Positions 39,089 through 53,128 of a stretch of DNA of 64,000 bases are shown here, in pieces. Source of the DNA: Catajapyx aquilonaris (Eukaryota); the NCBI GenBank assembly GCA_000934665.2, contig KZ538241.1, positions 1 through 64,000 on the forward strand. Reading direction: 5' to 3'. Position 1 is the stretch's first letter, and the number at the start of each line of letters is the position of its first letter. The notes under the pieces were generated by a model. It searched no databases, was not told where the DNA came from, and saw nothing but the letters and a program-made list of their open reading frames with translations. The position numbers and the translations under genes are program-made.

Positions 39089-39317
39089 TAAATAATGGAT
39101 ACCCCGTGATAGACCCCTTGGGCCTCTTAGGGGATCATCTTTTGAATAACCGACTTTAATCATTTGCCTGTAATGTGATGGATTTTGATAGTGGGAGGAA
39201 AAGGGAGAACCCATCGAAACTCTATCCATAAGTATCCTCCGTCCGACCCGGGGATCGAACTCGGGACCTTAGAGGTGGAAGGCTGCGGCGCTAACCACTC
39301 GGCCACCGTGTCGCCCT
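39089..39317 (-). mobile_element. tRNA-derived SINE (family 2) with 15-bp TSD
   Basis: Minus-strand head GGGCGACACGGTGGCCGAGTGGTTAGCG...GAGTTCGATCCCCGG contains A and B boxes. TSD AGTAGGCGTGTATTT at 39074-39088 and 39318-39332. Confidence 0.9.
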
Positions 39318-41831
39318 AGTAGGCGTGTATTTATGTATCCGCATGAGAGTAGAAAACTGCTACGATGCCTTCAGTAATTAAAGAAGTGAGATCGAGAGAT
39401 ATTCGTCCAAATGCAGAATTAGGCTGGCAGTGTCTACGAGTCCGCCTCTAGTCAAATTATTGCAAAAGTGTGACGAATTCCTGAACCGAAATAATCTAGT
39501 TTCACAATTATGTCCAGCTAAGACAAAAGCTCCACACTGGGGAGTTCCAGTCGCGTAATTATGTATTATTAATCTTAGGTTTTTTCTGTATGCCTAAATT
39601 TGCATCCCCTTGAAATCTACCGCTCTAGGCTCCCTTTCCGTAAATCCGGCGCTGAGAGGGACACAGTGTATATTGTTCATCATTTTCCCTTGCAGGACAC
39701 GTGAACGATTTTGAGGTGTAATAATTTCTCCAGGCACTAAAATGAGACGGGAAAGTGCATCACGTATGTTTACAATGTGACAGAAACCGATTTGGGCCGT
39801 CAAGGCAGCTCTAACTTTACTAACATTAAATTCGTATCGTGGAACGAATGTCATTAGAGTTACATGGCGAGTAATGAAAAGGATGTCAGGCTTTGTGCTA
39901 GTCCGCTTATGGATTTCACTGGAGTAAACAATAATATAATGTGATACACTGTGCTCCACAAAGTATAAAAGAGCACTAATTACATGCACAAATCAACAAT
40001 CTTATCGTTAGGCATTGGAGGCCTAAATTTCAGTGAGTTATTAAAAATTAACCGTATTCAGAGCAGTTCCTTAATCGTGATAGCAGCTATTAAATCACGC
40101 AAACATTTTATCAGTGTATGAGGAACAGGAAAGACTGCAGACACACCGGTCTTGTACAGAGAGCTGAAGACTAACTGTCACAGCAGTAGTTATACACTCA
40201 ACAGCCAATACTTCGCCTGCAAAAACGTGGTTTGCCCTAACTACCACCTTAGCATAATACTTGGCACAAGCATGTAGTTATGAAGTAGCAAGACCACAGA
40301 GCATTATCCGAGATGTCATCTCTGCATGACGAACCAGATTTACCAAACCCGGAATGGAGGGCAAATGCCAGGATCTGAAAGAACCCAAACGGATTCCATC
40401 TGATCTACTTCTAGGCCTAATCTTTTGCCGCTTTTCGTTATTGCCAGGTGAACAACACGAACAGTGGTACAACCATGTCGAATGCATAAGGTGAGGGGCT
40501 ACGTTTATGCGAATCATATTAATAGGCCACCCGTCGCGTGCATGAAGGAACATAATTAAGCTAGTTATATGCTTCCGTGGTCATCCCCCTTCTCCAACAT
40601 AGCCATAAGAGACCGTGAATTAAACGTGGTTCACAATCACGAATCTATTGGCATACGTTGATCCTTACATTCGAAAAAAAGGACTCCTCTACAGTACGGG
40701 GTTCTCTGATATTACTTTTCATTACACTTTAAGAGTTGCTATGACACTCTGTACGTTCAGTGCCTCCACTTCTGCAAGGCCGGCTAGGTATCCTCACAAA
40801 AGGGCAGGAAATGACAGTTAAAGTAAACGCTATTATCAGATCTGCCATACTAGACAAAACGTGGCAGAGCTTGACTCACCGCTATCCTGTAGTGATGAAC
40901 TAATAGCATCGTTTGTAAGCATAAAACTGAGAGACAAAATAAACCTATCCGGTAAATTATTTACGTAACAAATTATGCCGCGTCAAATTATTATTAGTGA
41001 AGAAGCAAAAAATTTATAAATCGAAACAATTACGCTGTAAACACACTATATTCCGCCTTCACCAACCCAATTGCACTGATTATTTTGGAACTTCACTAAA
41101 AGCATATAGTGTTACATTGTGGCATATATCATGAGAGTATGACAGGATTTGCGCTAAGGTCTCATCACATTACGCCAGTCTGCCCTCAATAGTCGCGGTA
41201 AACCTAATGACCGACATAAAGCTCACTGACTCACATAAACCACATCCGAAAAAAAAACCAGCCCATAAATCCGATAAAACTCGTAATGAGCATTGTAATC
41301 ATCCTTATTAAAATTGCGTGACCCATTATCACCCGCATATCAACCTAACAATTATTCGCATGCAGCCTCTCGAAAGGAATTCTCATTCGAATGCCATATT
41401 CTTTCGCCCATTATTTTCCGGAAACTCTTTCATGCAAAATCCCCTCATTAGACACATTAGCCCATCAATCAGGACTATGACAATAGATGATTGTGTTATT
41501 TACGCATATGGCCACTGGGGGTTGACTCCCATCTCAGATGCTCAAGGACTGCTCAATCATCAAATGTAGGCCACCGTGATACATCAAATGTCAGGTGTCC
41601 AAAAATCACTGGTCAGACACCCTATAACCTTTCGATGACCTGAAGCCCTATCGGTAAAGGTCTTATCGAGAATCCTCTGCAACAATTCATCATCATCTTT
41701 ACCATGCCTCTGGCTGGTGTCGTTATAGGCGCGTGGACCCCTCTCCCCATCCATCGGTTCCAGCTGGCAGTTCTGGGTCAGTGTCATGGCGGCTAACGGC
41801 ACCGACCAAATCGGAGCAAAGCGGCTGCCCC

Positions 41832-42035
41832 TATAAACTGCGACCGAAGCACGGCACAAGGCTTCATTTGCATCCTGTCTCAGATCCAGGCGCATCTCGA
41901 CCGTCTCAGGTCAGTCTCAGATCCATCTCGCACGAGGACGGCCGGGTGTGCTCTGTGATACCGTGCTGCAGGGACAGGTCATAAGGAGAGGACGACGGTG
42001 ACTTGTGGGTGGCGCGACGCACCTCGCGGTATGGT
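41832..42035 (+). promoter_or_regulatory. Candidate TATA/Inr promoter and non-coding first exon for the 43.4-kb gene
   Basis: TATAAA at 41832, TCATT initiator-like site at ~41864, GC-richer exon-like stretch ending in G|GTATGG at ~42029. A matching acceptor TTTTCCAG lies at 43359. Confidence 0.45.
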
Positions 42036-43392
42036 ACACGGTTCTGCGGTTGTCGAACATTATAATACTAATCTAAATATTGGAATATCTGTTTATTGGA
42101 CTTTTTGGCAATAGCCTATCACTTGAAGGCTCGAAATGCAGAACGATCCGAGTCACACTTGTTATGTAGATCTAAATTGAGTTAGGAATTGCTAGATATA
42201 ATCCTTGATTATAGCACTTTCTAACAGTTGAGTCAGTTTGCACATTGTGCAATAGCAGAAAAATGTTGGTAAATCTTATCCCATAAGGTATAATGCAAAC
42301 TTCAAGAGCTCTTATCTCGAAAGTATTTAATTCTACCATAGTTCTGCATACCGGCCTTCACTTTTAAAAAGCCACTGAAATGTCATGTAAATAGCCTTCT
42401 CTTAGAAAACTAGCAGTATTGTTTCCTCGGTAATGGAGGTAGTCAGCGGTGAAGAAGCAAGATAATCCTTAATCGCTGACTACATATTTTTTATAGAAAA
42501 ATGACATTATGTTGATCATGATTATTGCTATATTTACATTTGGACAATTCAGTGATTAATCGAATGCAAAAGTTTCAGTGACTACTATAGGGTCACATAT
42601 ACAGTATATATATTTTTAACTGTGCACTTACATTGCAGAAGATCATAACGCTGAATTGTCACCTTCTGAAAAGAAACAAGATAAGCCTAATTATTTCAAG
42701 CAAAAATGTGGTCGTTAAATTAATATGCTTTACGCCAAATAACAAATTGTCCATATAATACCGTATATAAAAAGTTGCTACCCAGGCAATGTCTGTCACC
42801 TAGTGCACCATTAAAGTTATTAAAGTTTAAATTTTAAAACGTTTTATGTGGAGCATCACACAGGCCTACAGGATCAATTACGTTAACCACAGTTTACGCC
42901 TGGACACTTCATAATACAATTTAGGCCGGTTTGCAGTCACTGAAGTGTATCAAAGATGTCATGAAATGTATTTAAAGCTAGCGGGTAACTGTACCACTCA
43001 ATTCCGGATTACATCCTAAATGTTCGATGAGAACACCCACCCTTTGTTGCGGTTTTACAGCCGAGTGTAGGGCAGTTACTGAATAGTCCCATCTATGCGG
43101 AACATTACGTACAGTAACCTTTACCGTTGAGCCCACATACGATATCCAGCATATTTTTCAATTTCTGTCAATCAGTTTTTATAAATTCATTCCTACATAG
43201 TATTCAAGTCATGGCCATCAGCATTGTATTACCAGGAGTCTCGTGCCTTCCATTAACCTGCCAATTGGCAATAAAGCACACTAACCGGATCTCATAACCG
43301 GGTAATCTACAACTGCTGAGTGCAAAAAGAACCAGAAAACAGTTTAACCCCTTTTCCAGATGTCCCTCCCGGGCTCGAGGGCCCCATCTGCG

Positions 43393-45471
43393 ATGCTGCG
43401 AGCCCTCACTCTCCTGACCACCTTGGCCGCCGTCTCATCCGAAGACAGGGCGACCCTTCACCTGTCCGAGGGGGAGGACCGACCTCTGGCCCTCTACAAT
43501 GCACCTCCGACATACGACTCGGGCCGAGAACACAAGACGACCATCCTGGTGGCCAACCCTTCCACAACATACTCTTCCAGGAATGTCGAGAACATTCCCG
43601 TTTACTCGCTGGACTGCCAGGGAAAATCCCGATGCAGCAGGACCATACACCACCGTACAATAGACGCCACCACTCCTTCGCCGTACAGCCGAGACGGACG
43701 GGACAGGTCACTCAGGAACTTCTACAATGACATGTGGTACAATCACCTGGGCGGAAGGGCCCTCGCAACACCGACTTTCTCCGATGACTACTACTTCGGC
43801 AGGAGGACAGGTGACGTATCGTTATCGGAACCGATCGACGAGTACTTCAACAACACATATTTGGAAAAGATCATGGATAAAAACCCGGTTCGCAACTCGT
43901 CCGAGTACGACCCGTTTAGGTTCCGACCCAGTGAGGAGCGTGGATGGCCATCGCACTTGTCTCATGTGCCGTCAGGGTACGAAGGTCATCCTAAACGTCC
44001 CTTAACCAGCGGTCTCGGGCTGGGTCCAGGTTTCGGGCAAGGCAACGGCCTCGGGCAGGGTCCTAGTTACGGGCAGAGTCACAGACCGAGGCCCGTGCAG
44101 GGTGAATGGGTCAGCCTGGAGCAAGTCCCATACACGGCGACGCAAGTGTCCAAGTGGGTATCCCATCGCAATGACCTGCCTCCACATGACCGGTGGTCAG
44201 AGGACCGCCCTGGATCAGACAGCTGGCCTAACCGTCTGTCAGACCGGCCAGGAAGTTATTGGGGTGTTGCTAACAGTGGTGGTGGCGGGGCACGACCCAC
44301 TCAGCACTGGAACTACGAACCATCCCCATCATACCCTTCCTCCATAGTGGCCACCCCATCACCCTCCTACTTCAGCTCCTGGGAAAGACGTCCTTACAAG
44401 CACGCCACCATTGACAAGATCCCATCGCCATCTTCCTGGAGTGGCGGTGGTAACCGTCGTCCTACCCAGTCATTCAACCCTTCCGGTTCCTGGCACCGGC
44501 CCACGCTGGCACTCCCCAACTCCCTGAAGCACCAGAACCATCAGAACCACCACAACAAGCGGCCCATTGCCCCTACGCTGTACAACAACCCGATGCCGTA
44601 TCAAGATGAGGGATGGGACTCCCCACCTGCATGGGACCGTCCGAAGCCGTCCGCGTCCCAGTGGGACCAATGGGCCGACTCCAGCGACCAGTCAGCGCCC
44701 ATGTCTGCCTCGTTCTGGACACGTCCAAACGGAGCCGGAGGAGGTTCGTCCATGGAACGACCTGGCTACACCCAGATTGAGACAGAAGAAGGTGGCACCA
44801 GATGGGTTCTACTGTCCAGCACCAAGGGAGGTGTGGACTACTCCCCAGCCAGAGCCTTCTCCGATAGGTCACTCAGCCCGCCCAGGTCATCCATGGGCAA
44901 CACCATCATGAACACAAGGGCCACCATACGTCTGAACGTGCTTCCGCAGGTCGGGTTTCCTGACGCCACCTCACTGCCATGGCCCAGCAATACCCCAGTC
45001 ACAAAATGGGTGGTGACACGTCGACCCGGCTGGTTAGGAAGCTCCACCACCTACTCCAAGCCATGGGATAAACCATCTGGTGTATCCTCAGTGCCCATCA
45101 TCAAGGACAACAAGAAGAAACCTCCAGGTCTAATACCCTGGCCTAACAAGCCCACGCAAGGTCTGGCCACACCTGACTATTTTGAGAAGCTGAATGCCAC
45201 ACTTCAGTCGTTGAAACCGGTGCGTGTCCGCAACCGAAAGAAGAAGCCGCTTAACTACACGTACATTAGCACAAAGTGGAAGGGAGAGGGAGGTAGGGGC
45301 AGTGGGAAACTAGTGGATGATCTTGACCTGAGTATGGAGGAGAGGTCAAACTCTGATGTGGCTGGTTCTGGTAGAGCCATGGGTGACACTACCACGACGG
45401 AAAGCAGTCCGTCGGGTGCGTGGGTCAACTGGCCTGCTAGCAATGTAGCTCCGAACTATCGTCAAGACTGA
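43393..45471 (+). CDS. Uncharacterised secreted Pro/Ser/Trp/Gly-rich protein (~692 aa, single coding exon)
   Basis: 703-codon ORF from 43360. The signal-peptide-like MLRALTLLTTLAAVSS starts at the second ATG (43393). Mostly low complexity, with islands such as YDPFRFRP, GEWVSLEQVPY...VSKW, WVLLSSTKG and ATIRLNVLP. Confidence 0.85.
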   Translation: MLRALTLLTTLAAVSSEDRATLHLSEGEDRPLALYNAPPTYDSGREHKTTILVANPSTTYSSRNVENIPVYSLDCQGKSRCSRTIHHRTIDATTPSPYSRDGRDRSLRNFYNDMWYNHLGGRALATPTFSDDYYFGRRTGDVSLSEPIDEYFNNTYLEKIMDKNPVRNSSEYDPFRFRPSEERGWPSHLSHVPSGYEGHPKRPLTSGLGLGPGFGQGNGLGQGPSYGQSHRPRPVQGEWVSLEQVPYTATQVSKWVSHRNDLPPHDRWSEDRPGSDSWPNRLSDRPGSYWGVANSGGGGARPTQHWNYEPSPSYPSSIVATPSPSYFSSWERRPYKHATIDKIPSPSSWSGGGNRRPTQSFNPSGSWHRPTLALPNSLKHQNHQNHHNKRPIAPTLYNNPMPYQDEGWDSPPAWDRPKPSASQWDQWADSSDQSAPMSASFWTRPNGAGGGSSMERPGYTQIETEEGGTRWVLLSSTKGGVDYSPARAFSDRSLSPPRSSMGNTIMNTRATIRLNVLPQVGFPDATSLPWPSNTPVTKWVVTRRPGWLGSSTTYSKPWDKPSGVSSVPIIKDNKKKPPGLIPWPNKPTQGLATPDYFEKLNATLQSLKPVRVRNRKKKPLNYTYISTKWKGEGGRGSGKLVDDLDLSMEERSNSDVAGSGRAMGDTTTTESSPSGAWVNWPASNVAPNYRQD

Positions 45472-48400
45472 GTGGCATTTTTGTACCGATCACACCAGTT
45501 ATTTGCACTGAAATTCTGAACTGTATTTATCCATAGATTAGTTTCGTCGTTGTTTTTTTTGTTATGGCTTGTACATATTGTACTAAAAGTTGATCCAAAA
45601 GTGTTTTTAAAAAGTTATAAATTATTGGATATGTTACTTGTTACGCTCTTGTAAAGAGTCGTCCATTACAATATTGTGTGCAAATTTACTGATCTTCTCT
45701 CTGAAAGACTATAAGGAGTGAATTGCAGTGTCAATTTTGAGGTCAGCCAAACTACCTATTGTCAAAAATATTTGGCCAAAAATTCGTAGCCAATAATAAA
45801 GTCAACCCCCTCCCCCCCCCGGTACACATAATCATGAGAATAAAAAAGAAATCCATAAAATTTCATGTTTAATTTTGGTTTCGTCATGAAAATAATCTCA
45901 CTTTTCCACTTGCGTGTGAATTGTACCTGAATTTTTTTTAAACGCGAAAAACAGTAAAATTGTTGCCCTACTGCACTGGGCCTCATTCGTGTACAAGAGA
46001 ATTAAAAATAAACAAAAAAAATATTCCACATTTCCTACCCTAACCCCGCCTTATTTACTGTATCATATAAATGCATACCACTCGCTGATTTAATTAGCCC
46101 AATATCTCTCCGAGATTATGCGATTACTTTTTTTTACATAAGTCTCACGCGTGAAAACGATGCAATCAGATAACCACACATTACTGTTCATGACGCAGTT
46201 TGGTACAATTATTTCTTCTGTTTCCCCCCGAAGTGGAGCAAACGTAGCTGGCAACTTGGCGCAGAAGACGGCCTCTCAAACGGTCACCTAGGGACCCAAA
46301 AGATAACTGGAGCATAAAAGGGGATTCGGCATTTCAGAACTTCGGTCACTCCAGCTTTGACAACATTTTCAAGCTCGGTGTCTTCTGGATGTAGTGCGAG
46401 AAGAAGGATGAAAAAAATATATATAAATTTGCAGCGAGCCAAGCGTTTATAATGGATGATTCATTATTTCTGACTGCGACTGTAGTGTGATCTTTCGTAT
46501 AGTATTCAAGTAACTCTCCTTAATGAATTGCACGCACAATTAATTGTCGCTAATTTAATTAAAGCTGCTTGTTTCAAAGTCAAGCACATTTCACATTACT
46601 AGTAGGTACTTTGTTTTCATTTAGTTCTAATGTCGCTCCTTGAACGAATAATTTAGGATATGACCTTTATCAGCAGTACAAAGCAGCCACGAACTGGGAC
46701 GTGCATATGCGGAACTGAAACCTTGCCTTGGATGATCGATTTCTAGAAATATCTTCATACCGGTTCATTCCTTTGTTAAAGAGAGCTAGGCAGTGACAGC
46801 AGTCATGCAACAATTCACCCTGACCAATATCTTTATTATGTAACAAAAGAGCAAGTGTGAACATTGGATAATATTTCTCTGGTTGCTGTAGTGATTCACA
46901 TTCCAGAGAAAAACCACGGTAAACTGACGGTAAAAGAACCTATGCCATGAGTCATTTTCGGCTGGACACTGATCATACAATATGGCCTATGAACACTGCA
47001 TTACAGATATGAAGCCTGTTTAATGACGCTATTAAATACGGTAAGTGCGAGCAGCGCGGTTTTTGAATGTTATTTCACACCACGATACCAGTTTGCTGTT
47101 ATAGCAATAAAAACTCGCTGAGTGACAAGAGACTCAGTAAGTGTTGAGGCCATTCTAACAGCAGTTAGGACAATGAATACTGATAATTAACTTGATGGAA
47201 CCTTCTCCTTTCCAGGAATAAGCGTGGCTAATTTTAGGCATAACTAATATCCTTTGGACAAGCCACATTAAAGCAATGCCTTTTAGCTGCCTAACCACTC
47301 CTCCTGAGATTATTTCACGGTGAGAAACTAACCAATTATTAGAGAACTAACGGTATCGCTCGTTCGTGTTTCCATTGCCAGTTGGAGTTGCTAGGTGGCC
47401 TCACCGTACGCAGTAAGAAGCAAGGAAATCTCTCCATCTGGTGGCAATGTGTCACACTTTGAGCTGAGACCGGCCTTAATATTTTTTTATTGTAAGGCAC
47501 GCCCATCCGCCGTAATCAGAGCAAATGAGAGTGAGGTTCTCTATTAGGAGAGCGTACGTGTATTTAAGAATAGGATCCTTTTTCTCTGCCAACTCAAGCA
47601 GAAGATATGCACGAATGCATAACTGCAATCCTCATATTCCACTTGACATCGGGGTTTGTCGCCAAGCGGCCGCAAAAACGTGCAAAACGAACCCTGTAAC
47701 CTACTATGGTTTACCCGGAGATGTATTTTTATCATTGATATTCTCGACTATTTGCGTACCGAGAATCTCCTCCCCACTTGGGTCTTCACTTCTTATTATA
47801 GTATTATAGTTATTATAGTATAAAAATTAATGTAAACATAATATTCAGCGCCAACCATGCAAAATTTATAAACAAACTTCCTAAAAAAATAGAGATATGG
47901 ATATCCGGACCACTACCACCACAACGCCTGGTAGCCTGGTAGTAAAATATAAATATTCGATTCGTGTAAATATTTTTGTCACTTTAAACACACGTGACCC
48001 TCGCATGTTGGTAGAGGCGTGATGATAATGATCCACCTGTTGCAATATTTACAATAATTCTAGTGGAACAGATTCCTTGCAAGTGTGTCAAATTATGAAG
48101 ATGGAAATTATTCCCACACTGTGAAAACACATGCAAAATGTTTAAATCGGTCGTCACGGTAATGACAGAAAAATTATAATACTGGTAAGTTTCTGATGAA
48201 ATGTAATGACATTACACAGCATGCAGGGAATAATTTATGGTTGGAAAATCCCATTACTCAATTTGACCATTTGGCTTTAGCTTCCAAAAACTCATTAATT
48301 ATTATAGATATGTAGGATATGTAGTTTCTTATTTTAACTGCATCGTCTTATGACATGTGCGTAAGTGTAATACTGTATAGGCCTATCTAAATCATGATAC

Positions 48401-48582
48401 AGTATACATACGTGTAGCTTATAAGTATTTTACTATTACTGCATCGTGTCAACATATCGTACCTTTACGCTTTACCGAATATTGATCCAGGTACAGTACC
48501 TACATAGGAAGTATACTAACAGCTAACCATTCAGAGTATAGCATATAAATATCGTTGCAATCCTACTACTGCACAACTGCTA

Positions 48583-48948
48583 CAGGGTGCTATACGAATA
48601 AATCTGCCAATATGATACGGGTGCGTATACGGAAAGGCCGGCGACAATCCGTTTCAAAGATATCGACCTTTGACGTAGACGACGTCTACCCTTACAAGTG
48701 TGGATAGTCCCTGTACATGTCTGCATTGCTGATTTCCGGAGTCAGGTGCTCGCACTCCCAGACAATTGCTCAACCGGCCTGACCCCGGCAACCAGCAATG
48801 CAGGCATGTAAGGCGGTATCCATACTTGTCAGGATAGACATCGTCGACGTCGACGCTGTCACCGGTCTTTTGGACACATGCCATGCTTCTTCCACATTCA
48901 TCCCCTACCACCCGTATCATTTGAAAAGATTTATTCGTATACACCCTG
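48583..48948. mobile_element. Degenerate Tc1/mariner-type palindromic MITE
   Basis: TA|CAGGGTGCTATACGAATAAATCT ... AGATTTATTCGTATACACCCTG, with internal inverted arms at ~48672-48745 and ~48778-48855. Confidence 0.75.
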
Positions 48949-51900
48949 GTATACACTCTGGTGTAAATTATTACTGGTGTTTCACTGATCTCAATGTATA
49001 CAAAACAGTAGGGCTATTGTTCTGTGCAAACAAAGTAGTCTCACTGGGCAAGTCACGGATGGATGCTTCTATGCAGGATCTTGCGGAACTACTAACCATA
49101 TAAACTACTTCGAGCTGAATTCTTGATCACTTCCGGATGATAATTGTTTTTATGTTCAGGTATTATTTGCTCTGGGGCGTCTTGTTAACCAAGTACTAGC
49201 CTTCAAATATACAGTATGGGCAAGTATATCCTAGCAAGTATAAAACTCTCTGCGCCAGAATGCACATTTAATTTAAGCTAAAAATATGTATGATGACATT
49301 ATAAGCTTTTTGTGGCATCATCAATTACATGAAATGAAATATCTTTCTGGTTAAACCACTCTCATACCTCCCGTGAGATTTGCGTTATCTAACTAGCGGG
49401 ATACTTCCAATCATTCAAGTGGTGATGTCACCATAATTTGCGATGACGGAGCAAACAAGAGTCCTGGCAAGAAGGCCCACATTTTCGTCTTAGAAGAATT
49501 CGCGCAAGTCGCCCATTATTCAGGAGTTACTGACCAATCCGCATACTTTAGCTCTCAAAACTTACGACATTTGCTTAAATTATGCCAAGATGTCCCTTTG
49601 CAACAGCCTCTGCAATATGTTAGGTGACTTCAAACACTTTTAAAAGTGTTACAAAAATTTTCCAGAAATGCGTCAGGAAATCGGTGGAATTATAATACTA
49701 CAAAAAGTGACTGCATATCGCTGACCGGAAAGGTTGTTCACCCAGTTGCTCTAACTTCGTAATATAAGACACGAATTAAACTCGCATTATATTTGCAAAT
49801 TATTCAATTCGCCGTGATCCATGGATGGCACAGAAGCTCTGCATTCATGAAGACGCCCATTCCATGGCACTAATTAACCTCCCGTGTCAAACCTACATTC
49901 ATTCGCTTTGCACTGTGCCCCTGGCCATCTCTTCATCAACATTTACATGATTGTCATCTTTTGCTCTCGATTCATTCACTACCCGCATGGAAATGATACT
50001 TGACAAACTCTAGTGCTGCAAAGCTGGTTTCGGGTTACCTCGCATTTGTTTCCTGCGAATGTCTTGCTTGCAATAAATCTGAACATCCGCGACTTCCTCC
50101 ACGTCCGTCAACCTACCATAAGTCATTTTAGCAGATATACCATTAAGATGCACCACGCCTCTGATAAGCATGAAGCGGTGCAGTTCCACAATATTCACAC
50201 CTGAAGTGAATATGAAGTATTTAAGTGGTTAGGAAATAAGCGCGCGTGGGTCACGTATGCCTACTACATCACACGCATCTTAATTGCGACAGTTTTCCTT
50301 GGCGTCCTCTTCTAAATATGATATATTTAATGGTTTTACAGGATTACCGAGGTAGAAACCAAGAGGATTCTCTCAAGAGTGCAATTGCGTTATGTTTCCA
50401 CTGACAGGGCTGTCACTGCCAGCAAGAGAAGGATGGCAGGAAGGATCCCCGTGGTGTAGAATGTTCTCCATCATCTTGCCCTCTTGAATCCTCCCATCTA
50501 CTCCTTCCCCCACGACCAACCCTCCTCTTCCTACACCCAACTCCCTTCCTCCCTCCGCCACCGCCTTACCCCACCCCACAATCAACCTGAGCGTATCCCC
50601 TCTTAACCGGTACCAGTCCACTCGAAACCTGTCCCTTGTTGCACCTGCTTTGCCAACTCTCTCTGTGTTAGGTATACTCCGATCCTCAGGTGAGTAACTG
50701 TCAATTTCTCGTGCCGTATCTCATTAGAAGATGTATATGACCATTCAGTTTAGATATTAATAGGATTTATACTGTATTTCAAAAATGTATTTGTATCTGT
50801 AATCATTATTTGCAATTGTTTCCACCAAAGCAGATAATCTCATGATTGGGGTAGTGAAAACATACCAGTGATTACAAGCATGTTACTTACATAATATGTT
50901 TCAACCCATCTAGGAGTAAAATGCAAAGTAGTGTAAGCCACAGTGGTCCAAACCCAAAAGTATTATTGGCATGTATGACGACACATACAACGGCATTTTC
51001 GCCCAACCAGCCAACACATGAACTTTGCATACAACTAATATATCTTCAGGGCATTTAACAATCTGACGTTGAATTCAAATCAACAACTTCACTCTCGTAA
51101 CGGACACTCGCTATGCAAAGTCCTCTTTGCCCTTTCGTTGCGCCTGATTACTTCTTAATGGCGATCATTTGTTTGGAAAATTGTACGAAATAAAAAGTAA
51201 AGGAATGTAACTGTAGTACAACATAAATCCAGTAATTCGAGTTTCTTTCGCGTTCAAAAAACCGGCGCCAGATTCACTGTAGCAAACACGTTATGGGCAC
51301 CGAGAAAAACCTACTCTTCCCATGGTACGTTCTGAGATCGAACCAGCCGCTCATTAAATTGACGTAACACCCCCCTTCATCCCGAGAAATTCCAATGGGA
51401 AGAGTGGCTCACGTCACGCCAACAAATTATTACCAAACACTTCCCATGAGTCAACCTGATTCTCGTTCAATTCAAATCAAAGGGTCACTCCTCACCTTCT
51501 CCATACATTTCCTTAGAAGTTATCTGTCCCAGGACAATGCGGAAGTAAGCACCATATGAGTAGTAGCTTCCAAGAAAATGAGAGCGAGAGGACATCAAAA
51601 AAATTAAAGGTAGAGAGAGAGGGTTTTAGTTCAGGTGCGCATCTGCTGTGATGGGCGCACCGTTAGGACTCGTTCCGCCGAGAAGAGCCAGAGATATGCG
51701 TGGAAGAGCACGCTGCCCACTTCACCTCACCTGTGGGCCAGCTTTACCCCCTCTGCTCTGACCCCGTGACCAAGCCTCAGGACCGATCATCTAACATGAA
51801 ACGCACCATCATATCACGGATGGTCAAGTACCGGTGTCAACCTAGGCCGTGCGTGTGAGATGGGCCTTGATAAATCAGAGGGTACGTGAGATAAAGTCCA

Positions 51901-52374
51901 AAGCACGAGTCCAAAGAAGAAAAAATAATAATATCGGGCAATCTAGCGCTCTACAACCATCAGACCTCTATCAAGGTGCTATTCTGCACCTTATGATCGT
52001 GTATGATCGTGTTTATGATCGTGTGGACAAAAGTTGACAAGGTCAGGGAAAGTCTAGCTGGATCTCTCAATTTTGACAGTCTCCGGATCAAACTGAGAGT
52101 GCAAATAGCATAGTACGGCAATAAAACTTGACCTCTTCGTACAGTACGTATACAGTGTGAGAACAAGCAACAGCATGGCACAAATTGAGGTGGAATGCTA
52201 CATATTGAGGCTATACACGAGATCTGATCACAACGTCACGAAACAAACTGACCCACTTTAATATTTAATACCCAAATTTTTAAATCAATTGGTGTATGAT
52301 ACTTATCGTGGGCATACAAGATAAATTCAGTGTTCAATTTTGGTGGTTCTGATTTATTTACACCACCAAGTAGC

Positions 52375-52717
52375 TAGGGAGGCGGAGTGGTGCTGCGGTA
52401 ACGTATGCGCCCACGGATGTTAAGGTCCCGGGTTCGATCCCAGCCCGGGGACACCCCCTTCATCTCGTGCAGAGTTCAGGGTCACCTCTGGCTTCGTCTC
52501 GGGTGGTATTTCCTCAGATTAAACCACCCGGGGGAGTTCACTAAAAATGGCCACATTAAGACATTGCACTGCACCTTGCACATCCCCTCCTGTCATCCTG
52601 CCCGTGGGCCCGGGCGTTTCGTATAAAGGCTCCAATGTATACCATAATAAATAAAGGTCCGTGCTGCATACCTCAGAGGAGGTCAAGCACTACCCCGGAT
52701 TATTATTATTATTATTA
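52375..52717 (+). mobile_element. tRNA-derived SINE (family 3) with (ATT)n tail and 17-bp TSD
   Basis: Head with GGGTTCGATCCC B box, a tail of about seven ATT units, and TSD TTACACCACCAAGTAGC at 52358-52374 and 52718-52734. Confidence 0.9.
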
Positions 52718-52919
52718 TTACACCACCAAGTAGCATTTTTCTGCTTTAACGCGTCGTAATGAATCATAATGAGCCAAAAAGCCAGGATGCACTGTCTTCA
52801 CTACAGCATGTATACAAGTGCAATAATTATCTTGAAGCTGTTTTTTTATTGAATTTAGAGAATTCATTTTGTATGTTCACATTATTTCTTGGTCAATATA
52901 ATTTATTTACTTTTACCTA

Positions 52920-53128
52920 CACTGTAAACCGCAAAAGATTAAAAGAGCATCATTGGTGAGTCTCTCATGAAACATCAATTTCTAATGCTCTTCTAATGCT
53001 CTTGCGATGCTTTTTGTTGCTAAAAAGCATCACAAGAGCATTAGCACAGCATTAGAAGAGCATTAAAAATTGATGTTCGATGAGAGACTCACCAGTCATG
53101 CTCATTTAGTGTTTTGTGGTTTACAGTG
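52920..53128. mobile_element. Palindromic MITE with CACTGTAAA termini
   Basis: TA|CACTGTAAACCGCAAAA ... TTTTGTGGTTTACAGTG|TA. The whole element is an imperfect hairpin with internal TAATGCTC repeats. Confidence 0.8.

Noticed and set aside
39240..39317. Possible tRNA gene (also at 52377 and 36700)
   Set aside because: The tRNA-like heads continue into SINE bodies with tails and TSDs; I could not fold a convincing full cloverleaf.
50408..50689. Exon-like pyrimidine-rich segment with acceptor and CAG|GTGAGT donor
   Set aside because: All three frames contain stops, so it is not called coding; at most a 5' UTR exon of the 55.1-kb gene.
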